The position numbers were made by a program, and so were the translations under genes. Source: Candidatus Latescibacterota bacterium (GTDB lineage Bacteria > Latescibacterota > UBA2968 > UBA8231). Taken from it: a DNA stretch of 64,000 nucleotides. Location of the stretch: assembly GCA_965242865.1 (NCBI GenBank), contig CBDETK010000013.1, forward strand, positions 1,280,001 through 1,344,000, given 5' to 3'. This document shows, one piece after another, positions 1-11,024 of the stretch (the stretch's first letter is position 1; the number at the start of each line of letters is the position of its first letter). The notes beneath the pieces were generated by a model. The model saw nothing but the letters and a program-made list of their open reading frames with translations, did not search any database and was not told the origin of the DNA.

Positions 1-51
1 AGAGAGAACCGCACCCTCTGGGACGCAGAGTTTGCGGGGGCCGGGGATTGA
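1..51 (+). CDS. 3' end of an upstream paralog of the next gene (partial)
   Basis: Frame 1 reads RENRTLWDAEFAGAGD*, matching the C-terminus of 51..2021 (SENRTLWDAEFAPGR*). Its TGA (49-51) overlaps the ATG at 51. Confidence 0.75.
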   Translation, partial: RENRTLWDAEFAGAGD

Positions 52-2021
52 TGAAGTCCTCCGCCTTCGAGCGGCTCGCCCGGTTCGGGCGCGACCCCTT
101 CGCGCTGCTCATCGTCGTCCTCGCCGGGCTAGGCACCGCCCACATCCTCGTCCGCACCGCCACCTACGGCCCGGCGAGCATCTACGACTCCATACGTTTC
201 CTGTCCACAGCCATGAACTTCCTCGCGGGAGAGGGCTGGCGGGATTTCAAGGGCCTCCCGCTGACAGGATGGCCGCCTTTGTTCCCTCTGCTGCTAGCGG
301 CCTTCGGTTGGGTAGGCATCGAGCCGCAGGCGGCGGGTCGGTTTATCAACGCCACCGCCTTCGGGCTGACCATCCTCGCCGCGGGGTGCTGGCTGCGCTC
401 AAATCTCCGGTCGCGGTGGCTGGTGCTGACCGCCATCGCGACCATTACGGCCTCCCTGCCCTTGAGCCATTGGATGGCACATTTCATTACCGAGCCCCTC
501 TTCGTCCTGTTTACGCTCCTCGCTTTGATGCACTTGGCGTCCTTCCTCCACCGGCGGACGGACGCGCCCCTGTGGTGGGCGGCGGGTTTCACCGCGCTGG
601 CCGCGCTGACCCGCTATCCGGGCGTGGCCCTGATCGGCGTCGGCGTCCTGCTGCTGCTGCCCCGCGCCCGGCTCAAGCAGACCCTCGGCTTTGGCGCGAT
701 CTCGTCCCTGCCCTTGCTGGGAGTATTGGCGCACAACTGGGCGGTTACCGGGCACCTGACCGAAGCAACAAGTAAAAAACCCCTGTTCGCTGAGCAGTCC
801 CTAGCGGCTGGACTGATCCAGATCGTCAAAGTGTTCGGCGAGTGGGTCGTCCCCCCGAACGCGCCGGAGGGGGGGGCGTATTTGCTGTGTCTGGCGGTCG
901 GGTTGGTCGGGCTGGCCGGCGCCGCGGTCGTCCTGCACCGCCACCCCGAATGCACCACGCCGGCGTATTCCCGTTTGGAGCCAGCTATCCCATTCGGGGT
1001 GTTCGCCGTAGCCTACCCGGTATTCATGATCGCCGTCGTGCCCTTCACGGTTAAGCAGGGCATCGACAGCCGCTACCTGCTGCCGGTCTATGTGCCGCTG
1101 CTGTTGACGGTCGTGTTCTTGCTGGATCGGTTCCTCTCCATCGAGGAGGTGGGCTGGAGGGTTGCCATCCGGTACGGTCTGGCGTCTCTCGTCCTGCTGG
1201 CGTTCCTCTCCCACATCGGCTTATCGGCGCACGGGAACCTCCGTATTACCGCCAGAGCATTGGAAGATGGGCAGGAAATTAGCTGGCGGGAAAACCCCGC
1301 CTTTTGGCAGCATTCCGAGACCCTGAATTACATTAGGACCAATCGCATGGATGGCAGGATTTACAGCAATAACCCCTTCCTCGCTTGGTCTGAGGAGAGG
1401 ATCGCCGCCCCGGGAAAGTACCGACAAATCCCGCACGGGAGGTCACACGGGAAGGGATGGACCGAGATCGAGGCCGGGGCCTATATCGTTTGGTTTGACA
1501 GAGCCCATGATCCAACTCGTTTTCGCTACGATGCCCTCGACTACCGTCTGCTGCCCGACGTGGAAACCGTGGCCGAACTGGCCGACGGCGTGGTCCTCCG
1601 CGTACTCCGCCAAACGACAGCCGAACCCTTCGATACACAAAGGCATCGCGCCCGCAAACAACACTACATCAACCAACTCATCCAACAGGCTAACGAGCGA
1701 GTGGAGCGCGCTGGCTGGACCGTGTACCGCACCGGACGCAAGCTGACTTACTTCAAAAAGCCGTGTACCCTCGCCGACGTGCAGGCCAAGTTCGTCTTGC
1801 ACGTCACCCCCGCCGATTTGGCCGCCCTGCCCGCCCACCGCCAGCGATACGGCTTTGACAATCTCGACTTCTATTTCGACCTGATCGGCGTCCGGCTCTA
1901 CAACGAGTGTGTGGAGGTCATCCGACTCCCCGCTTACCCCATCGGCCGCATCCGGGTCGGCCAGTGGATTTCCAGCGAGAACCGCACCCTCTGGGACGCG
2001 GAGTTTGCGCCGGGCCGGTGA
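51..2021 (+). CDS. Polytopic membrane protein, GT-C (ArnT/PMT-like) glycosyltransferase family, with soluble C-terminal domain
   Basis: About 10 hydrophobic segments; DS..(F/Y), WPPLFP, TEPLF and LTRYPG motifs typical of PMT_2/ArnT-like proteins. Confidence 0.7.
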   Translation: MKSSAFERLARFGRDPFALLIVVLAGLGTAHILVRTATYGPASIYDSIRFLSTAMNFLAGEGWRDFKGLPLTGWPPLFPLLLAAFGWVGIEPQAAGRFINATAFGLTILAAGCWLRSNLRSRWLVLTAIATITASLPLSHWMAHFITEPLFVLFTLLALMHLASFLHRRTDAPLWWAAGFTALAALTRYPGVALIGVGVLLLLPRARLKQTLGFGAISSLPLLGVLAHNWAVTGHLTEATSKKPLFAEQSLAAGLIQIVKVFGEWVVPPNAPEGGAYLLCLAVGLVGLAGAAVVLHRHPECTTPAYSRLEPAIPFGVFAVAYPVFMIAVVPFTVKQGIDSRYLLPVYVPLLLTVVFLLDRFLSIEEVGWRVAIRYGLASLVLLAFLSHIGLSAHGNLRITARALEDGQEISWRENPAFWQHSETLNYIRTNRMDGRIYSNNPFLAWSEERIAAPGKYRQIPHGRSHGKGWTEIEAGAYIVWFDRAHDPTRFRYDALDYRLLPDVETVAELADGVVLRVLRQTTAEPFDTQRHRARKQHYINQLIQQANERVERAGWTVYRTGRKLTYFKKPCTLADVQAKFVLHVTPADLAALPAHRQRYGFDNLDFYFDLIGVRLYNECVEVIRLPAYPIGRIRVGQWISSENRTLWDAEFAPGR

Positions 2022-2158
2022 TACCCTGATTCCATTCTCGTCCTCGCTGGCACGCTCGCTGCGCTCCAAGTTTGGGTTTTCCGCCGCCTTTTAGCCGGTT
2101 TGCCCCAATCGGGCCGATACGGTACTTTTTTGTCGTCTATTCTATAAGGAGTTAGGCC

Positions 2159-2629
2159 ATGAATAGCAGTCCTGCCTTTATTTCGTACGCCCACGACCCG
2201 GAAAGCCGCTCCGTCGCCCGCGCCCTTGCTGCGCGCCTCCGGCGGGATGGGGCTCCCGTGTGGCTCGACGAGTGGGAATTGCAACCCGGCGAGGAATGGC
2301 AGTCGAAAGTTGAGGCTGTTCTCAAGGAGTCCAAAACCATTTTGGCCATTATTTCTAAATCGTCGCTCGAGTCAGAATGGGTCCAAAGCGAACTCAAAGA
2401 AGCACTCGCACAAAATAAAGTTGTCATTCCGGTACTGAACGAGAAGGTTGGTTTCAATGATATTCCCGAATGCCTGAAGGCTCGCCAAGCCGTAGCCCCA
2501 TTGGACGACGACTATGCCTATCAACAGCTTCTAAAAGCACTGGGGGGGGCCGGTCCAGCCGACGACGACGATATCGACAATTTGCCCTTTTTGCAGCGCC
2601 TATTAAAATACGCCGCCAATGCTGCTTGA
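2159..2629 (+). CDS. Stand-alone TIR-domain protein (TIR_2-like)
   Basis: FISYAH, VWLDEWELQPGEEW, SLESEWVQSEL (catalytic Glu region), VIPVL; RBS AAGGAG upstream; lower GC than flanks. Confidence 0.88.
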   Translation: MNSSPAFISYAHDPESRSVARALAARLRRDGAPVWLDEWELQPGEEWQSKVEAVLKESKTILAIISKSSLESEWVQSELKEALAQNKVVIPVLNEKVGFNDIPECLKARQAVAPLDDDYAYQQLLKALGGAGPADDDDIDNLPFLQRLLKYAANAA

Positions 2630-2906
2630 GCCTCTCTTCAATTTGTTCACTCTAAATTTCGGTTGCGGCCTCTTTGGCAGTAGTATCATCGAAGCGATCG
2701 TGATTCTTCGCTATTATCAACGATCAGGTAGGCTGCCTCGCTACTACCGAAAGGTTGGCTTTTGGGTTGTACGCGCCGCAATCGCCCTTGCTGCTGGGAT
2801 TCTTGCCGTGTTGTACAATCCAGAAAATCCCCTACTTGCAGTACACATTGGGGCATCTACTCCTCTTATCGTCTCCACCATGGCAGGAACAACCCCCGAG
2901 AAATAA
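2619..2906 (+). CDS. Small membrane protein (2-3 TM) overlapping the TIR gene
   Basis: 95 aa with hydrophobic stretches and IGASTPLI; start overlaps the TIR 3' end by 11 bp. Confidence 0.75.
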   Translation: MLLEPLFNLFTLNFGCGLFGSSIIEAIVILRYYQRSGRLPRYYRKVGFWVVRAAIALAAGILAVLYNPENPLLAVHIGASTPLIVSTMAGTTPEK

Positions 2907-2920
2907 CCTCCCTCCAACTC

Positions 2921-4036
2921 ATGCGCCACATCCTAGTCACAGGGGGAGCGGGCTTTATCGGCTCGCACACCGTAGATCGGCTCGTTGCCGCGGGCTACCA
3001 AGTTCGCATCCTCGACGCCCTACAAGAGCGAGTCCACCCCGCCGGCTGGCCCGCCTATCTGCCCGCGGGCGTGGAAAAGGTGCGCGGCGATGTGCGCCAA
3101 CGCGCCGATTGGCTCGCCGCTCTCGACGGCATCGACGGCGTCATTCATCTAGCGGCCTACCAAGACTACATGCCCGATTTTTCCACCTTCCACCACGTCA
3201 ACACGGTCGGCGCGACCCTGCTCTACGAGCTGATCGTCGCGCACAAGTTGCCCGTGCAAAAGGTGGTCTTGGCCTCGTCGCAAGCCATCTATGGCGAGGG
3301 CCAGTACCGCTGCGGCGCACACGGCATCGTCTATCCCAACGCCCGTGCGGACGCCCAACTCGCCCGCGCCGACTGGGAGGTCCGCTGCCCGCACTGCGCC
3401 GCCGCCCTCGACCACCAGCCGATCACCGAAGACACCGCCAACCCCCACACCCCCTACGGCATCTCCAAATATGCCGCCGAGCTGACCTCCTTCAGCCTCG
3501 GCCGCAAATACGACATTCCCACCGTCAATATGCGCTACTCCATCGTCCAAGGGCCGCGCAACTCCTTTTTTAACGCCTATTCGGGCATTGGCCGAATTTT
3601 TGCCCTCCGCGTCTTGCACGGCCAACCCCCGGTCTGCTACGAGGACGGCCAATCGCTGCGCGATTACGTCTATGTCGGCGACGTGGCCCGCGCCAACATC
3701 CTCTGTCTCGAAGACGAGCGCGCTGATTTCCGCTCCTTCAATGTGGCCGGACGCTGCGGCACCACCGTCCTCGAATACGCCCAGATCGTAACGCGCCTGG
3801 CCGGGCGGGCCATCGAACCGCTCGTAAGCGGCGAATACCGCTTTGGCGACACCCGCCACACGGTTTCCTCGGGCGCGGCCCTGCAAGCTCTCGGCTGGCA
3901 GCCCCAAGTCCCGCTCGAACAAACCATTGGCGAATACATCGAGTGGGTCCAAAGGCAGCCGGACCTCGCCGACTTCTACGCGGCCGCCCAAGCGAACATG
4001 CGGGCCGCCAACGTCCTCCGCCGGGCCAGCGCGTGA
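2921..4036 (+). CDS. NAD-dependent epimerase/dehydratase
   Basis: ILVTGGAGFIGSH, YGISK (YxxxK), RDYVYVGDVA; ATG at 2921. Confidence 0.92.
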   Translation: MRHILVTGGAGFIGSHTVDRLVAAGYQVRILDALQERVHPAGWPAYLPAGVEKVRGDVRQRADWLAALDGIDGVIHLAAYQDYMPDFSTFHHVNTVGATLLYELIVAHKLPVQKVVLASSQAIYGEGQYRCGAHGIVYPNARADAQLARADWEVRCPHCAAALDHQPITEDTANPHTPYGISKYAAELTSFSLGRKYDIPTVNMRYSIVQGPRNSFFNAYSGIGRIFALRVLHGQPPVCYEDGQSLRDYVYVGDVARANILCLEDERADFRSFNVAGRCGTTVLEYAQIVTRLAGRAIEPLVSGEYRFGDTRHTVSSGAALQALGWQPQVPLEQTIGEYIEWVQRQPDLADFYAAAQANMRAANVLRRASA

Positions 4037-4752
4037 AGGCACTGGTCCTAGCCGCCGGGCGGGGCACGCGCCTGCGTCCACTCACCGACGCGATCCCCAA
4101 GCCCATGGTCCCCTTTGCCGGCAAACCCCTGCTCGAATATGTCGTGCGCCTGTTGGCTCGGCACGGGTTCGACGACCTCGTCATCAACCTCCATCACTTG
4201 CCCCACGTCATCGCCGATCACTTCGGCACTGGCCGAGCTTGGGGGGTGTCGATCGCCTATTCGCACGAGGACGACCTGCTCGGCACGGCTGGGGCCGCCC
4301 GGCAAGTGGCCGCCTTCTTCGACCGGCCTTTTTTGGTGTACTACGGAGACAACCTGACCAATTTCGACCTAAGCGACTTGTGGCAAACCCACCAGCGCAC
4401 GGGTGCGCTCGCCACCATCGGGCTGGTGCGGCTGGACGACCCGACCACGCGGGGGATCGTCGGCCTCGACGCGCACCACCGCATCGACCGCTTCATCGAA
4501 AAACCCCGGCCCGACCAAGTATTCGACAACTATTGGGTCAACGCTGGAATCTACGCCCTCCAACCCGAAATCCTCGACCGCATCCCACCCGACACCCCCT
4601 GCGACTTCAGCGCGGTCTTTGCCGACTTGCTCGCGGCCGGCCGCCCCCTGCGCGGGCATCCCCTGCGCGGGCAGATCCTTTCAACCGATACGCCAGCGCG
4701 CTACCGCCACGCCCGCGAGTGCGTGGACTCAGCGGCTTTTACCCTTCCCTGA
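4033..4752 (+). CDS. Sugar-phosphate nucleotidyltransferase (HddC/GMPP-like)
   Basis: LAAGRGTRLRPLT..PKPM, LGTAG, YGDN, FIEKP; GTG overlaps the upstream TGA. Confidence 0.9.
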   Translation: MKALVLAAGRGTRLRPLTDAIPKPMVPFAGKPLLEYVVRLLARHGFDDLVINLHHLPHVIADHFGTGRAWGVSIAYSHEDDLLGTAGAARQVAAFFDRPFLVYYGDNLTNFDLSDLWQTHQRTGALATIGLVRLDDPTTRGIVGLDAHHRIDRFIEKPRPDQVFDNYWVNAGIYALQPEILDRIPPDTPCDFSAVFADLLAAGRPLRGHPLRGQILSTDTPARYRHARECVDSAAFTLP

Positions 4753-4764
4753 AACGAGGCTAGC

Positions 4765-5754
4765 TTGATCCTCACCAGAGCGCCGTTGCGCATCCCGCTC
4801 GGCGGCGGCGGCACGGACCTAGCGTCCTATTACGCCCACTACGGAGGCTTTGTCCTCAGTGCGGGCATCGACAAATACGTCTATATCCAGCTCAACGACC
4901 TCAAGGTGGAAGACTTCATTCGCGTCAAGTACTCGCGGACCGAAACGGTCGACGCGCCCGGCCAAATTCAACACGCCCTGCTGCGCGAAGCCCTGCTGGA
5001 CGCCCAAATTGAGGGCGGGCTCGAAATAAGCGCGATGTCCGACGTGCCGGGCCGCACCGGCCTCGGCTCTTCGGGCGCGTTCACCGTGGCGCTGCTAGCC
5101 GCGCTCCACGCCTACAAGCGCGACCAACCCGCACGCCAAGCACTCGCGGAGGAAGCTCACTACATCGAATCGGTGCGGGCCGCCCAGCCAGCGGGCAAAC
5201 ACGACCACTACTTGGGCGTCTTCGGCGGCCTGACTTGCCTCGACATCGACACCAGCGGGCGCGTCGCAGTCGCGCCCTTGGCGATTTCCGCGCCCACCGC
5301 AGAGGCCCTAGCGGCCAACATGCAGGTCTTTTTCACCGGCATCCGGCGCGAGAGTTCGGACATCCTTGCACAGCAAAACCAAGACACCCAACAGGGCGAC
5401 GACCGCGTCCTAGACAGCCTGCATCAGACCAAGCAGATCGGCTACCAGATCAAGGAGGCCCTCGAACGGGACGCGCTCGACCGCTTCGGCGAATTGCTCC
5501 ACGAGCATTGGCTGGCCAAAAAGCAGCGGGCGCAGCAGATATCCAATGCGGACATCGACCGCTGGTATGCGGCCGGCCGCGCGGCCGGTGCCCTCGGCGG
5601 CAAGCTGCTAGGAGCCGGCGGCGGTGGCTTCCTCATGTTCTATTGCCCGGCCGAATACCGCGCCAAGCTGGGCGCCGCCATGGGGCAAGAAGGCCTGCGC
5701 GCCATGCCTTTCCGCTTCGACGCCGAAGGCGCCCAAGTCCTCGCCGCTCTCTGA
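4765..5754 (+). CDS. GHMP sugar kinase (HddA-like heptose-7-phosphate kinase)
   Basis: RAPLRIPLGGGGTD, PGRTGLGSSG, GKLLGAGGGGF. Confidence 0.88.
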   Translation: MILTRAPLRIPLGGGGTDLASYYAHYGGFVLSAGIDKYVYIQLNDLKVEDFIRVKYSRTETVDAPGQIQHALLREALLDAQIEGGLEISAMSDVPGRTGLGSSGAFTVALLAALHAYKRDQPARQALAEEAHYIESVRAAQPAGKHDHYLGVFGGLTCLDIDTSGRVAVAPLAISAPTAEALAANMQVFFTGIRRESSDILAQQNQDTQQGDDRVLDSLHQTKQIGYQIKEALERDALDRFGELLHEHWLAKKQRAQQISNADIDRWYAAGRAAGALGGKLLGAGGGGFLMFYCPAEYRAKLGAAMGQEGLRAMPFRFDAEGAQVLAAL

Positions 5755-6599
5755 TGCGTCGTTTATGGCTCGGCGAGGCCGAGGCCGTCCACCTGCCCGG
5801 CGGCACCTTTCGCCTCGACGGGGGGACCATGTTTGGCGTGGTGCCCAAGGCCCTGTGGCAACGCGCGTGTCCCCCGGATGAGCACAACCGCATCCGCTTG
5901 GCCTGCAACTGCTTGCTGATCAACACCGCGAGCGACCGCATCCTCCTCGATACCGGGTTCGGCACCCGCCACTCAGCGCGGGAGCGCGCGATCTATGGCA
6001 TGGGGCTGGACAGCGATGCAACCCTGTCCAGCTCGCTGGCCGCGGCCGGCGTGCAGCCCACCGACATCACCCTAGTCGCGCTCACCCACCTGCATTTTGA
6101 CCACTTCGCTGGCTGCCTCATCGAGCAGGGCGGCGCGTGGGCACCGCTGTTTCCCAACGCGGTCCACGCGGTCCAGCGCGGCGAGTGGGACGATGCCTTA
6201 GCCGGCCGCAGCACCATGCGAAGCAGCTACCGGCCCGAGGAGCTGCACGCCCTCGCCCGCCAAGTCGAGCTGCGCTTCCTCACCGGCGATGGCGAATTGG
6301 CCCCCGGGCTGGCGGCCTTTGTCACCGGCGGCCACACCCGCGCCCATCAGGGCTTTCGCTTTGCGGCCGGCGGCCGCACCCTCGTCTATCCCGGCGAGCT
6401 AATTCCCACGCGCCTCCACCTCCGGCCCTATTGGAACATGGCCTACGACGTGTTCCCCTACCAAACCTTGACCCGCAAACAGCGCTTTGTCGCGGAGGCC
6501 GCGGCCCAAGGGTGGATCGTGGCTTGGGACCACGATCCCGACGCGCCGTGGAGCCGCATCGCCCTAGCGGGCGAACACTTTGTCGCCGTAGCAGACTAG
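5754..6599 (+). CDS. MBL-fold metallo-hydrolase (YtnP-like)
   Basis: LDGGTMFGVVPK, THLHFDH, GGHT..HQ; ATG overlaps the upstream TGA. Confidence 0.88.
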   Translation: MRRLWLGEAEAVHLPGGTFRLDGGTMFGVVPKALWQRACPPDEHNRIRLACNCLLINTASDRILLDTGFGTRHSARERAIYGMGLDSDATLSSSLAAAGVQPTDITLVALTHLHFDHFAGCLIEQGGAWAPLFPNAVHAVQRGEWDDALAGRSTMRSSYRPEELHALARQVELRFLTGDGELAPGLAAFVTGGHTRAHQGFRFAAGGRTLVYPGELIPTRLHLRPYWNMAYDVFPYQTLTRKQRFVAEAAAQGWIVAWDHDPDAPWSRIALAGEHFVAVAD

Positions 6600-6644
6600 G
6601 CGAGCATTGCCCCCGGTCGGGGCCTGGGTTATTCTTTGCACACT

Positions 6645-6890
6645 ATGTCCTTGGAAGTCATTGAAATTCCCGCGGAGCACCGCGACCTGCTCAACCGCCT
6701 GTCCGAGCTGATTCCCGACCTCGAACCCGACTCGCCGCAGAGCTTGCAGCGAATTTTCGGCTTGGGCCTCATCGCCCTCACCATGCAGATCACCCACAAG
6801 GCCCGCGCCCAAGACCAAGGCGACCTCGTGGCCGAGTTGGGCGACCTCGCTAAGTCCATGGTCGAGGCCGAAGGCTGGTCCCCGCCGTGA
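6645..6890 (+). CDS. Small hypothetical protein
   Basis: 81-aa ORF with host-like codon usage, coupled to the next ORF by a GTGA overlap. Confidence 0.6.
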   Translation: MSLEVIEIPAEHRDLLNRLSELIPDLEPDSPQSLQRIFGLGLIALTMQITHKARAQDQGDLVAELGDLAKSMVEAEGWSPP

Positions 6891-7165
6891 TTCTCCCGCC
6901 CTCCTCGCTCGACCTCTTCAGCCTCAAGAGGCGCACGGCTTTGGTGACCGGCGGCAGCAAGGGCCTTGGGGCCGCCATGGCCGGGGTGCTGTCCGGGGCC
7001 GGGGCCGACGTGGCTCTCACCAGCCGCAACTTAGAAGAAGCTCGCACGGCGGCCGCGCAAATCAGCGCCCATACCAGCGGCCGCGTGCTCGCGTTCCCAG
7101 CCGACGCGGCCGACCGCGCCCAAGTGGAAGCCTCGGTCGCCCACACCAAGTACACCGCTCAGTGA
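6887..7165 (+). pseudogene. Truncated SDR oxidoreductase (N-terminal Rossmann part only)
   Basis: ALVTGGSKGLG present, but the ORF ends at 92 aa before the NNAG and YxxxK motifs. Confidence 0.8.
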
Positions 7166-7169
7166 CGCG

Positions 7170-7952
7170 CTAGAGCCTGCGGCAGACCCTCTTAAAAGCC
7201 AATCGCGTCAAGCGGGGCAGGTGCTGGCGCAGCTTGATCAGCAAATACGCGGCCGCGTCCGGGACGCTCTTGCGCTTGTCCGCGGCGACCGCGTCTGCGA
7301 TGGCTGCGCCCACCTCCTCGGCCGACTTGGCGAACTTTTGCTGCACCGGCAAGTGCTGAGTGCCGGCCCGTGCGGCAAACTCCGTATGCACCAAGCCCGG
7401 CTCCACCAGGTGGACGCCAATGCCTCGGGGCGCCAGTTCGTAGTCGAGGCTTTCGGCCAAGCCGCTCACCGCGAATTTTGTCGCGCTGTACACGGCGTGC
7501 TTGGGCACGGGGAATTCGCCGGCAACACTCGAGATAAAGACCAATCGCCCCCGCCCGCGCGCCAGCATGCCCGGCAGAAAGGCGCGGGTGCAGTAGAGGA
7601 CGCCAAGCAGGTTCGTTTGTACTACGGCCGCGCATTCGCGTATCTCCGCGTCGGCAAAGGACTTGTAATAGCCCCGACCCGCATTGTTGATCAGCACGTC
7701 GGCCCCGCCCCATCGCGCCTCCACCTCGGCCTGCAACGCACCGACTTGGGCCAGATCGCCGACATCGCACGGCACCACGAGCGGCGGGCGACCGCCCTTT
7801 TTTTGGATGGCCGCCCCCACCACCGCGAGGGCCTCGGCGCGGCGCGCCACCAAGGCCACGTGCGCCCCGCGCTCGGCCAGCACCAGGGCCAAGGCGCGGC
7901 CGATGCCGCTGCTGGCCCCGGTGAGCACGACCCGCTGGTCATCCCAGTTCAT
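7170..7952 (-). CDS. SDR family oxidoreductase
   Basis: TGASSGIG, NNAG, YSATK. Confidence 0.92.
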   Translation of the reverse strand: MNWDDQRVVLTGASSGIGRALALVLAERGAHVALVARRAEALAVVGAAIQKKGGRPPLVVPCDVGDLAQVGALQAEVEARWGGADVLINNAGRGYYKSFADAEIRECAAVVQTNLLGVLYCTRAFLPGMLARGRGRLVFISSVAGEFPVPKHAVYSATKFAVSGLAESLDYELAPRGIGVHLVEPGLVHTEFAARAGTQHLPVQQKFAKSAEEVGAAIADAVAADKRKSVPDAAAYLLIKLRQHLPRLTRLAFKRVCRRL

Positions 7953-8163
7953 TGTCCCTCACTCATTTTCATAATGAGAAGCAACCCTTCTTATTGTCGT
8001 TTAGAGAAAATTCCGCAATAAATTATTTTTAATGCACTTATCTATTTTTTGTCCCGCTTTTTCTATATATATTATCAAGATGGGAAAATTTCCGTTTGCG
8101 GCGCGGCCGTGCGAATCGTCGTAAGTTCTTTATAAACAAACCGCTAGCAAAAATCTCGCCCTT

Positions 8164-8179
8164 TGGCACGAACTTTGCA
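8164..8179 (+). promoter_or_regulatory. Sigma-54 (-24/-12) promoter of groES-groEL
   Basis: TGGCACG-AACT-TTGCA matches TGGCACG-N4-TTGCW, ending 45 bp before the groES ATG; RBS AGGAGG follows. Confidence 0.75.
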
Positions 8180-8184
8180 TATAG

Positions 8185-10164
<1,980 letters not shown>

Positions 10165-10185
10165 GGGACGCTTGACACACGTGCA

Positions 10186-10226
10186 AAAGCGGGCGGGGTG
10201 TTTCATCCCGCCCGCTTTCTTTGCTT
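10186..10226 (+). terminator. Intrinsic terminator after groEL
   Basis: AAAGCGGGCGGGGTG-TTT-CATCCCGCCCGCTTT stem followed by a T-rich tract. Confidence 0.75.
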
Positions 10227-10254
10227 TACTATCTCAACGAGGAGCCCAGCCGCC

Positions 10255-10560
10255 ATGACCGAAGACAAAACCACCCTCAGTGCCGCCGAAGTAGATGCCG
10301 AATTGCAAACGCTCGCCGGATGGCGCCGCGACGGCATCATCATCGCGCGCGACTTCGTCTTTGCCAACTTCAAGGACATCACCTCGTTCCTCAACCACCT
10401 GACCCGCACCATCACCGAGCAGAACCACCATCCCGACTTCTCCTTGGACACCGGCAAGCGCACCATTGCCGTCGCAATAACAACCCACAGCGAAGGGGCC
10501 GTCACCCGCTCGGATATCCTCTTCGCCCGCACGCTCAATGAGTGGCAACCGGGGCACTGA
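10255..10560 (+). CDS. phhB: Pterin-4a-carbinolamine dehydratase family protein
   Basis: GW...F.FANF, NHHPD, TTHSEGAVT..D...A motifs. Confidence 0.85.
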   Translation: MTEDKTTLSAAEVDAELQTLAGWRRDGIIIARDFVFANFKDITSFLNHLTRTITEQNHHPDFSLDTGKRTIAVAITTHSEGAVTRSDILFARTLNEWQPGH

Positions 10561-10728
10561 GCCCTGATTCGCCCGCAGTCCCTGCGTTGCCGCAAAGAAA
10601 CAGCGTCGTTTCCACATAGACACACCGCCACACCGCTGTTAGCAGTGAGAACAGGTGGACGACCCGGCATGGCCTGCCTTTTGCTAGTAGGAGGCGAGTG
10701 CTTACCTTTAGCCAAGGAGGACCTTCTC

Positions 10729-10992
10729 ATGGCCGAGCAGCAACCCCACCCCGTCCAGCCTACGGAATCCATGCTCGCTCTCAGCTTTCTGCGCGAGGAT
10801 ATTCAGGATGTGCGTCAAGATGTGCGCCAAACCAATGAGCGCATCGACGAGGCGCGTGCCGAAATGAACACGCGCATCGACGACTTAGCCAAACAACTCG
10901 ATTCGCGCTACGCACGGCTGATGGCCATGCTCATCGCCTGCACCAGCATCCTCGTCACCGCAATGGGCGCGGCCGTAGCTGTGCTCAAGTAA
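10729..10992 (+). CDS. Small coiled-coil protein with C-terminal TM helix
   Basis: Heptad-like DIQDVRQDVRQTNERID segment, hydrophobic C-terminus, RBS AAGGAGG. Confidence 0.7.
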   Translation: MAEQQPHPVQPTESMLALSFLREDIQDVRQDVRQTNERIDEARAEMNTRIDDLAKQLDSRYARLMAMLIACTSILVTAMGAAVAVLK

Positions 10993-11024
10993 TTCCGCAC
11001 AGACCCAAAGCGGTATGACTTAGC

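Noticed and set aside
2022-2158. Short hydrophobic reading frame (ILVLAGTLAALQVWVFRR)
   Set aside because: No start codon or RBS; at most a gene remnant.
10561-10728. Riboswitch or sRNA upstream of the small coiled-coil gene
   Set aside because: No known aptamer motif or strong stem recognised by eye.
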